Assembly (NCBI GenBank): GCA_902805655.1 | Contig: CADCTF010000104.1 | Span: forward strand, 38,302 to 102,301 | Source of the DNA: an uncultured Acidimicrobiales bacterium | GTDB lineage: Bacteria; Actinomycetota; Acidimicrobiia; Acidimicrobiales; CADCTF01 | Direction: 5' to 3' | Length of the DNA: 64,000 bases | Part shown: one piece after another, positions 8,687-16,045 of the stretch | Layout of the letters: every line of letters starts with the position of its first letter | Position numbering within the stretch: the first letter of the stretch is position 1 | Position numbers and translations under genes: made by a program | The notes under the pieces: model-generated | Databases searched by the model: none | What the model saw: the letters and a program-made list of their open reading frames with translations, nothing else | Told to the model about the DNA's origin: nothing

Positions 8687-9577
8687 ATGATCTCGTCCAC
8701 CACCGCACCATCCCGACGCCGCCGCCGTGCCCGGGCAGCCGCCGCTGGCCTCGCCGCCCTCACCCTGAGCGTGCTGGCCACCGGCCCGGCTTCGGCCGAG
8801 CACACCTCGCCCGGCACCTGCTCGGACGAGGGGTACTACGTCACCACCTCCAGAGGACAGGTGACCGCGTACGGCACGGCGGTCCACCAGGGCGATGCGT
8901 CAGCTGCTGCCCCGGCCCGCCCGATCGTCGGCATGGCCAACACCCCCAGCGGCGAGGGCTACTGGCTCGTGGACAACGACGGCGGCGTCCTGCGCTACGG
9001 CGACGCGCCGCAGCTCGGCAACGCATCTGCGCTGAACCTCAACCAGCCGGTCGTCGGCATCGCGCCCACACCGACCGGTGACGGCTACTGGATCGTGGCC
9101 TCCGACGGCGGCGTGTTCACCTACGGCGACGCCGACTTCTACGGGTCGACCGGCAGCCTCCGCCTGAACCAGCCGGTCGTCGGCCTCATCCCCACCAACA
9201 CCGGTGAGGGGTACTGGCTCGTCGCCGCCGACGGAGGAATCTTCAGCTTCGGCAATGCGCCGTTCTACGGCTCGACGGGCGACCTCCGCCTCAACAAGCC
9301 GGTCATCGGCGGCTCCGTCACCCGCACCGGGAACGGGTACCGCTTGATCGCCAGCGACGGCGGCGTCTTCAGCTTCGGGGACGCTGCGTTCTACGGCTCG
9401 CTCGGCGACATCGTGCTGAACCAGCCCATCACCGGGCTGGCCGACACGTTCGGCGGCAACGGCTACTGGCTGGTCGCGGCCGACGGTGGCATCTTCACCT
9501 TCGGAGACGCACCGTTCTGCGGTTCGAGAGGCGGCGCACCGCTCCCCGCCCCGACGGTGGCCATCACTCGCTACTAG
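8687..9577 (+). CDS. Secreted protein made almost entirely of GYWLVAxDGGxFxFGDA repeats
   Basis: Arg-rich signal peptide; about six ~42-aa repeats (GYWLVDNDGG, GYWIVASDGG, GYWLVAADGG, GYRLIASDGG, GYWLVAADGG). Confidence 0.85.
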   Translation: MISSTTAPSRRRRRARAAAAGLAALTLSVLATGPASAEHTSPGTCSDEGYYVTTSRGQVTAYGTAVHQGDASAAAPARPIVGMANTPSGEGYWLVDNDGGVLRYGDAPQLGNASALNLNQPVVGIAPTPTGDGYWIVASDGGVFTYGDADFYGSTGSLRLNQPVVGLIPTNTGEGYWLVAADGGIFSFGNAPFYGSTGDLRLNKPVIGGSVTRTGNGYRLIASDGGVFSFGDAAFYGSLGDIVLNQPITGLADTFGGNGYWLVAADGGIFTFGDAPFCGSRGGAPLPAPTVAITRY

Positions 9578-9609
9578 TCGTCACCCGCAACCAGCTCTGC
9601 CCACAACGA

Positions 9610-9640
9610 GACGGAGCCTCCCCGGTGGGGAGGCTCCGTC
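9610..9640. terminator. Intrinsic terminator-like hairpin between convergent genes
   Basis: GACGGAGCCTCCCC-ggt-GGGGAGGCTCCGTC, perfect 14-bp stem. Confidence 0.75.
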
Positions 9641-9691
9641 GTCGCGTTCGGGTGCTGCGCAGCCGGCTCGGCTGCGGTGCTCAGCGGTCGG

Positions 9692-11386
9692 TCAGCGGTC
9701 GACCCACACGTGGCTGTACCGGACGATCGAGCTCGGAGTGCCGTCGCCCCTGGTGCCGTCGGGGAAGACCCAACCGGCGAGGTTCTTCACGTCCGCCTTG
9801 GCGCCGTTGGTGGTGGCGAGACCGCCGTGGAAGATGTACGGCATCTCCTCGGACAGCAGCGCGGACAGCTCCTGGTAGATCTTCACCCGCTCCTCGCGGT
9901 CGGCGCTCGTGCGCCCGGCATCGAGCAGGCGCCGGGCCTCTGCGTTGTCGAAGTCGGTGGTGTTGGCCGCCGCCCTCGGGTTGTGCAGCGAGTTGTAGAG
10001 GATGTCGGGGTCTTCGTCGGAGCCGTTGCGGTTGCAGGAGACGTCGAATCCGGCCCTGAAGTCGGGTGCCGTCCCGGCGAGCCGCTGGGTGAGCACCGAC
10101 TGGTCGACGAGGCTCAGGTCGATGGTGATGCCGACCTGCTTCCAGCGGTCCTGGTAGAGGATGACCAGGTCGTTCAGGCTGGCCACGCCCGCGGTGCAGG
10201 TGAACTGGCCCAGGTGGATGGGGGAGCCGACCGGCTTGCCGTCGGATCGGGTCGGGTCGTTGACGTACTCGGCCACCAGCGCCTTGGCCTTCGGGACGTC
10301 GTTCATGGCGTAGTTCTTGGCCGCCTGCTCGGAGTAGTACGGCGAGCCCTTGGCGAACAGCTGCGTGGTCACCGGAGCGATGCCCTCGAGGCCCTGCGCG
10401 CTGATCAGATCCTCCTGCTTCACCGCATAGCCCAGGGCCCGGCGAACCCGCTTGTCGTTCATCGGAGGCTTGGCGGTGTTGATGTTGATGTTGGCCACGG
10501 TGTTGCCGATGTCCGGGTACTCCTTCAGCGAGCCGCCGCTGTCCTTCACCGCCTTGGCCACGTTCTGCGCCTGACGGACGGTCAGCATCGTGTCGTAGTC
10601 ACCGGCCAGGAGCCCGGCCAGGCGAGCGTCCTCGTCGGGGATGGGCTTGTAGGTGATCTGGTCCAGGTAAGGAAGGCCCGGCTGCCAGTAGTTGGGGTTC
10701 TTCTTCACGATCAGCTGGCTGTCCCGGATCCAGCTGTCGAAGGTGAAGGGCCCGGTGCCGACCGGGCTGCTCAGCAGGGCGTCCATGCCCTTCGACGCAG
10801 CCGCCGTCGGCGAGAACGGCATGCCGGCGTGCCCGGCCAAGAGGCCAGGGAAGGCTGCGTTCGGCGACTTCAGCTTGTAGACCGCGGTCAGGTCGTCGGT
10901 CGTCGTGACGCTCTCGACGACGGAGACGTTGCCGGCCAGCCGGGAAGCCGGGATGTTCAGGTACTTGTCGAAGATCTCCTTGATGGCGGCCGCGTTCAGC
11001 GGCGTGCCGTCGTGGAACTTCACGTTGGGCCGCAGCTTGAGCGTGAACTCGCTGAGCGCGGCGTTCGGCGTCAGGGACTCCGCCAGGTACGGCCGCGGGA
11101 CGCCCTCGCTGTCGTAGGACATCAGCGGGTCGTAGATGGCGTACATGATCCGGTTGCTGGCCACTTCACGGCTCGGGAGGTAGCCGTTGTACTCGGCCTC
11201 GGTGGCGACGACGAGCGCGCCGCCCGGCTTCGGGGTGCCTGCGTCCCTGTCCGGATCAGCCGACCCGCCTTCCGCGTCGCCGCCGCCGCAGGCCGCCAGC
11301 GCGAAGAGCGCCACGGCGAGCAGCGCGGCGATGGCTCCTCCAGGTCGACGGCGCGCGTCTGATCGCGCCTCGGTTGAGGTGTGCAT
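9692..11386 (-). CDS. ABC transporter substrate-binding lipoprotein, family 5, paralog 2
   Basis: Start MHTSTEARS; lipobox LAAC; long stretches identical to 1467-3158. Confidence 0.92.
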   Translation of the reverse strand: MHTSTEARSDARRRPGGAIAALLAVALFALAACGGGDAEGGSADPDRDAGTPKPGGALVVATEAEYNGYLPSREVASNRIMYAIYDPLMSYDSEGVPRPYLAESLTPNAALSEFTLKLRPNVKFHDGTPLNAAAIKEIFDKYLNIPASRLAGNVSVVESVTTTDDLTAVYKLKSPNAAFPGLLAGHAGMPFSPTAAASKGMDALLSSPVGTGPFTFDSWIRDSQLIVKKNPNYWQPGLPYLDQITYKPIPDEDARLAGLLAGDYDTMLTVRQAQNVAKAVKDSGGSLKEYPDIGNTVANININTAKPPMNDKRVRRALGYAVKQEDLISAQGLEGIAPVTTQLFAKGSPYYSEQAAKNYAMNDVPKAKALVAEYVNDPTRSDGKPVGSPIHLGQFTCTAGVASLNDLVILYQDRWKQVGITIDLSLVDQSVLTQRLAGTAPDFRAGFDVSCNRNGSDEDPDILYNSLHNPRAAANTTDFDNAEARRLLDAGRTSADREERVKIYQELSALLSEEMPYIFHGGLATTNGAKADVKNLAGWVFPDGTRGDGTPSSIVRYSHVWVDR

Positions 11387-11498
11387 CGTTTCGGTTCCCC
11401 CAAAGTGTGAAGTTGGTACGTCGGGGTGGAACCTAGCCCTTTCGCACCCGGTCCGTAACGCGACCGTCACATGCGGGCACCCTCGACGGCCGGGCGAC

Positions 11499-12152
11499 TC
11501 AGTCGGGAGCGGCGATGCCCACCGGGCACGAGACGCCGGTACCACCGATGCCGCAGTACCCGTTCGGGTTCTTGGCGAGGTACTGCTGGTGGTAGTCCTC
11601 GGCGTAGTAGAACGTCGGCGTATCCACGATCTCGGTGGTGATCGGCCCGTAGCCGGCCGCTTCGAGCTGCGCCGAGTAGCGGTCTCGGGTCGCCTCGGCG
11701 ACGGCGCGCTGCTCGTCGGAGAAGACGTAGATGCCCGAGCGGTACTGGGTGCCGAGATCGTTGCCCTGGCGCATGCCCTGCGTCGGGTCGTGGCCCTCCC
11801 AGAACACGCGCGCCAGCTGCTCGAAGCTGATGCGGGCCGGGTCGAAGGCGACGAGGACGACCTCGTTGTGCCCGGTGAGCCCGCTGCAGACCTCCTCGTA
11901 GGTCGCGTTCGGCGTGTACCCGCCGGCATAGCCGACCGCGGTGGAGACCACCCCCGGTGTTTCCCACATGATGCGCTCGGCCCCCCAGAAGCACCCCATG
12001 CCGAACAGGACGACCTCGGTGCCGTCGGCGAAGGGCGGAACGAGAGGTGCGCCGTTCACGTAGTGGCGCTCGGGCACGGGTACCGCCTCGGGTCGACCCG
12101 GCAGGGCCTCGTCGGCGGTGGGGAGCTGGGTCTTCTTGCGGCCGAACAGCAC
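11499..12152 (-). CDS. msrA: Peptide methionine sulfoxide reductase A
   Basis: [41 protein letters not shown]. Confidence 0.97.
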   Translation of the reverse strand: MLFGRKKTQLPTADEALPGRPEAVPVPERHYVNGAPLVPPFADGTEVVLFGMGCFWGAERIMWETPGVVSTAVGYAGGYTPNATYEEVCSGLTGHNEVVLVAFDPARISFEQLARVFWEGHDPTQGMRQGNDLGTQYRSGIYVFSDEQRAVAEATRDRYSAQLEAAGYGPITTEIVDTPTFYYAEDYHQQYLAKNPNGYCGIGGTGVSCPVGIAAPD

Positions 12153-12164
12153 GAGCGTGCCCTC

Positions 12165-13211
12165 TCAGGTAGTGGGTAGAGGTTCCAACCCGTCGTCGTG
12201 CGAGCCTGTTCCACCGGGTGTCGGTGCGCCGGGTGCGGCCACCCGGTGCGCCAGCTGCTCCCGCAGCCGGCGCTCGGACGAAGCGGCCTTCCGGAGGCGC
12301 ACGTCGCCCCAACGCACGCCACCGAACAAAACCCGCGAGCCGAGCGCGAGCCACGACGTGATGGCCCGTTCGGCCAGCCAGGGGACCGACCACAGTGCGG
12401 CCGTGGCGGGATAGGCCGCTCTACCTCCACGGCGCCGACGACCGGTCTCGGCCACGGCTACGGCGATGAGCGGGACGGCGCCCAGGGCACGCCACCGCCG
12501 GCTCGCGACCAGGAGGCCGAGCAGCGGGAGCATGGACAGCTGGGCCACCAGGCGACGGGGACGGGCCAGCTCGTCGTAGGCCTGGCGCACCCGTTGCCCC
12601 ACGAAGTGCGGCGTGCTCGGTGGATGCCGGGTCACGACGAGGTCGAGGGCGACCACGACCCTCCCACCGACCGCCGCGATGGTGCGCTCGAGCTCGAGGT
12701 TCTCGAAGAGCGTGTTCCCGTCGTAGCCACCGGCCCGCCGGAACCAGTCGCGCCGAAGGGCCACCGTGCCGCCGTGGTCACCACCGAAGACACGGTTGAG
12801 CAGGGTCCGACCCGTGTCCCACCGCGCATGCCAGGGAAGGGGCGAGAAGGCGTTCTGGGGGCGAACCAGCTCGGCGTCGTCGAGCAGCTCGGCGGCCGAT
12901 GCGAGCTGCGCCAGCGTCCATCGCACGTCGTCGTCGGCCACGATCACCTTGTCGCACCGGGCCAGGTCGATGCCGGTGTGCACGCCTCGGACCTTCCCTG
13001 ACTGGAACTGGTAGGCGCCGGCAGGAGGCACGTGGTGCACGCGAGGGCCCCAGGCCTCGCCCTGGGCGGCGAACACGTCGGGCGCCGAGCCGTCCACCGC
13101 GATCACCTCCACGTGGTGGCTGAGCCATCGCAGATAGAGGCCGAGCTCGGCCGATGCCGGCTCAGACGACCGGATCGGCAGCACGTAGGTGACGTCGAGA
13201 CCCGGCGGCAT
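12165..13211 (-). CDS. Glycosyltransferase family 2, membrane-associated
   Basis: YVLPI, VIAVDGS, GKVRG, VADDDV (DxD), QRVRQAYDE; C-terminal TM helices; ATG 13211. Confidence 0.85.
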   Translation of the reverse strand: MPPGLDVTYVLPIRSSEPASAELGLYLRWLSHHVEVIAVDGSAPDVFAAQGEAWGPRVHHVPPAGAYQFQSGKVRGVHTGIDLARCDKVIVADDDVRWTLAQLASAAELLDDAELVRPQNAFSPLPWHARWDTGRTLLNRVFGGDHGGTVALRRDWFRRAGGYDGNTLFENLELERTIAAVGGRVVVALDLVVTRHPPSTPHFVGQRVRQAYDELARPRRLVAQLSMLPLLGLLVASRRWRALGAVPLIAVAVAETGRRRRGGRAAYPATAALWSVPWLAERAITSWLALGSRVLFGGVRWGDVRLRKAASSERRLREQLAHRVAAPGAPTPGGTGSHDDGLEPLPTT

Positions 13212-13318
13212 GAGCCACGGTCTACCCCCTCGGCCGGCGAGATCGACGTTCGGGGCCGGCGGTAGGGTGCCCCTCCGGCGAGCGCCACACGGGAATCGTC
13301 GAGCACGAGGGGGCTGCG

Positions 13319-14146
13319 GTGCCTGAGGACGGACGGGTCGAGGTTCGAAGCGATGTCGTGTTCGGCAGCGGTGGAGGCCGCGACCTGCGCTGCGACGTCT
13401 ACGTCCCGCCGGGCCGGCCCTCGGCGGCGCCGGCAGTGCTGCTCGTCCACGGAGGCGGGTGGGCACGAGGCGACCGCACCCAGCTGCGCAGCTACGGCCT
13501 CCGCCTGGGGCGCGCCGGCTACGTCTGCATCGCGCCTGAGTACCGGCTGACGGGCGAGTCCCCCTGGCCCGCCCAGATCGAGGACCTGAAGGCGGCCATC
13601 CGCTGGACCCGCACCAACGCGTCGCAGCTCGGCATCGACCCCGACCGGATCGCGTTGGAGGGCAACTCGGCCGGTGCCCACCTGGCGCTGCTCGCCGCCG
13701 GCACCCCGGGCCTCGACGCCTTCGAGGGCGAAGGTGGGAACGCCGGCGTGAGCACCGCGGTGAGCGCCGCCATCGGCATCTACACCCCGACGATGTTCTC
13801 CTTCGGCGAGCGGGCCCGCGGCGCCGTGCCGCTCGCGGCCCTCGTGAACGGGGGGTCGGACGACGTGGCGGCCATGGCCAGCCCTATCACGCACGTCGGC
13901 CCGGACTTCCCGCCCACGATGCTGGTGCACGGCACCGCCGACACCACCGTGCCGCCCGCCGCGAGCCTCCAGATGTACGAGGCGCTGGTGAAGGCCGGGG
14001 TGCCGGTGGAGCTGCACATGTACGCCGAGCAGCCGCACGCCTTCGACGCCCGGCCGGAGTTCGGCCGCCAGGTGGCCGGTGAGATGGCGCTGTTCCTCGA
14101 GCGCTACCTGGCGCCGCCCCAGGTGGCGGTCGCCGCATCGGCCTGA
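13319..14146 (+). CDS. Alpha/beta hydrolase (HSL-family esterase)
   Basis: HGGGW oxyanion motif, GNSAG nucleophile, HGTADTTVP, HAF. Confidence 0.9.
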   Translation: MPEDGRVEVRSDVVFGSGGGRDLRCDVYVPPGRPSAAPAVLLVHGGGWARGDRTQLRSYGLRLGRAGYVCIAPEYRLTGESPWPAQIEDLKAAIRWTRTNASQLGIDPDRIALEGNSAGAHLALLAAGTPGLDAFEGEGGNAGVSTAVSAAIGIYTPTMFSFGERARGAVPLAALVNGGSDDVAAMASPITHVGPDFPPTMLVHGTADTTVPPAASLQMYEALVKAGVPVELHMYAEQPHAFDARPEFGRQVAGEMALFLERYLAPPQVAVAASA

Positions 14147-14151
14147 ACGCG

Positions 14152-14184
14152 ACGTGAGCGAGCGGGAGGCCCGCTCGCTCACGT
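14152..14184. terminator. Bidirectional terminator-like hairpin
   Basis: ACGTGAGCGAGCGGG-agg-CCCGCTCGCTCACGT, perfect 15-bp stem between convergent genes. Confidence 0.75.
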
Positions 14185-14214
14185 TCGACGCTTCGGTGCT
14201 ACACGACTACGGAG

Positions 14215-15900
14215 CTACCGGTCGTTCCTCCACAGCTCCCGGGTCGTGATGACGGACTGGGTGATGGAGGGCCCCTTGGTGGTGCGGTCGGGGAAGGTCC
14301 AGTCCATGACGCTCTGCACGTACGGCCGGGCCGCCACGATGGATGCCGTGGCGCCGGAGAGCGAGAACGGCGCTTCCTCGTTGAAGAGGATGCTGATCTC
14401 CTCGTAGACCTTCTTGCGCTCGTCGAAGTCGGCGGTGGTGCGGCCCTTTTGCAGCAGCTCCTGCAGCTTCGGAGTCGTGAAGTCGGTCACGTTGCTAGCG
14501 GCGCCCTTGGGTGGCCCGAACTGGGTGAACAGCGTGCTGTCCGGGTCCCCCTGGCCGCCCAGCCGCCAGCACTTGACGTCGTACTCAGCGGTGTAGTCGG
14601 GAGGGTTGCCCACGGCCTCGGCGATGTGGACCGACTGCTCGACCTGGCGCAGGCTCACCTGCACACCTACGGCCGCCCACTGCTGCTGCAGCACCAGGGA
14701 GAGGTCGACCAGGGTCGGGTCGGGGGGGCAGTCGTACCGGAACGAGATCGGCGCGCCGACGGCCTTCTTGTCGGATCGGGCGGGATCGTTCACGTAGGAG
14801 GTGAGGAGCTGCTTGGCCTTGTTGATGTCCTGCTTGGGGTAGGTGGCCGCAGCCCTCTCGGAGTAGAAGGGCGAGTCCCTCGTGTACAGCTGGGTTGACT
14901 CCGGCACCATGCCGGTGCCGCCCAGCGCGTCGATCGACGTGGCTTGGTTGATGGCGTAGACGAGGCCCTGGCGGACCCGCTTGTCGTCGAAGGGCGGCTT
15001 GCCGCTGTTGAAGATGTTGGCGCCCGAGTTGTTGCCGAGGAAGTCGTAGACCTTGAACTCGCGGTCGCGCTTCTCGGCGTCCTTGGCCTTCTTCACCAGG
15101 CCCTGGCGCAAGGTGTGCATCATGTCGATGTCACCGGCCTGGAGGCTGAACAGCCGGGCGTCCTCGTCGGGAATCGGCTTGAAGACCACCTCGTCCAGGT
15201 GGGGCAGGCCCTGGATCCAGTAGCTCGGGTTCTTCTTCACGACGAGCTGGCTGTCCCGGGTCCAGCTCTGGAAGACGAAAGGCCCGGTGCCAACGGGGTT
15301 GGCGGAGATGTCGGCGCCCTTGGCGTTGTAGTTGGCCATGGAGAAGGCGTAGCCGGAGGCCCCGGCGAGCACCTCGCCGAAGGCGGCGTTGGGCTGCGCC
15401 AGCGTGTACTTGATGGTGAGCGGGTCGACGACGGTCATCGTGGCGCCGGCGAGCACGCCGGCGGTACGAGCCCCGGTGACCGTGAGCACCTTGTCGAAGG
15501 CTTCCTTCTGGTTCTCCGCGGTGAGCGGCGTGCCGTCGTGGAACTTGACGTTCGGACGCAGCTTGATCGTCCACTCCTTGAGGTCGGCGCTCTTGGTCAC
15601 CGTCTCGGCCAGAAACGGCGTGATCTCGCCGTCGCGACTCCGCAGCACGAGCGGGTCGTAGATGGCCAACATGACGCTGGTGCCCGACTCGGCCGGGGAG
15701 TCCTTGCCCGGCTGCCAGCCGGCGGTCTCGGCTTCGAGGCCGATGCTGACGGATCCGCCCGGCTTGGGCGTGCCGCCGGCATCCGTGTCCGCCGGATCGT
15801 CACCACCCCCGCCCGAGCCACAGGCGCCGACGACCAGGGCCGCAGCGGCCACCAGCGCCGAGAGGCGAAGCGTGCGGGAACGAGTGCTACGTCGACTCAT
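14215..15900 (-). CDS. ABC transporter substrate-binding lipoprotein, family 5, paralog 3
   Basis: MSRRSTRS...VGAC lipobox; IYDPL, LRPNVKFHDGTPL, PVGTGPF. Confidence 0.92.
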   Translation of the reverse strand: MSRRSTRSRTLRLSALVAAAALVVGACGSGGGGDDPADTDAGGTPKPGGSVSIGLEAETAGWQPGKDSPAESGTSVMLAIYDPLVLRSRDGEITPFLAETVTKSADLKEWTIKLRPNVKFHDGTPLTAENQKEAFDKVLTVTGARTAGVLAGATMTVVDPLTIKYTLAQPNAAFGEVLAGASGYAFSMANYNAKGADISANPVGTGPFVFQSWTRDSQLVVKKNPSYWIQGLPHLDEVVFKPIPDEDARLFSLQAGDIDMMHTLRQGLVKKAKDAEKRDREFKVYDFLGNNSGANIFNSGKPPFDDKRVRQGLVYAINQATSIDALGGTGMVPESTQLYTRDSPFYSERAAATYPKQDINKAKQLLTSYVNDPARSDKKAVGAPISFRYDCPPDPTLVDLSLVLQQQWAAVGVQVSLRQVEQSVHIAEAVGNPPDYTAEYDVKCWRLGGQGDPDSTLFTQFGPPKGAASNVTDFTTPKLQELLQKGRTTADFDERKKVYEEISILFNEEAPFSLSGATASIVAARPYVQSVMDWTFPDRTTKGPSITQSVITTRELWRNDR

Positions 15901-15952
15901 ATCTCTCCCGAGGGGGTGCAGGTCACGAAAGTGTGACGAACCGATGACCGTT

Positions 15953-15978
15953 GTGTGACGGTCGTCACACGAACTATA
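15953..15978. promoter_or_regulatory. CRP/GlxR-type palindrome next to a -10 element
   Basis: GTGTGACG-gt-CGTCACAC contains TGTGA-N6-TCACA (15954-15969); minus-strand TATAGT at 15978-15973. Confidence 0.6.
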
Positions 15979-16045
15979 CGACCAGGCAAGCCGCTGCACG
16001 GCGCGTGCTTCCGCAAGGGCCGCTCCGAGCGCCGACAATGGTGGC

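Noticed and set aside
8950-9520. ~126-bp periodic DNA repeats (also 21010-21340) as a CRISPR array
   Set aside because: In-frame degenerate protein repeats with synonymous variation; no cas genes in the window
11387-11929. N-terminal extension of the 745-aa SBP ORF; similar extensions on ORFs 14215-16347, 25782-28154, 36472-37611, 47205-48740
   Set aside because: Extensions overlap neighbouring genes and lie upstream of the signal peptide or first conserved motif, so starts were trimmed
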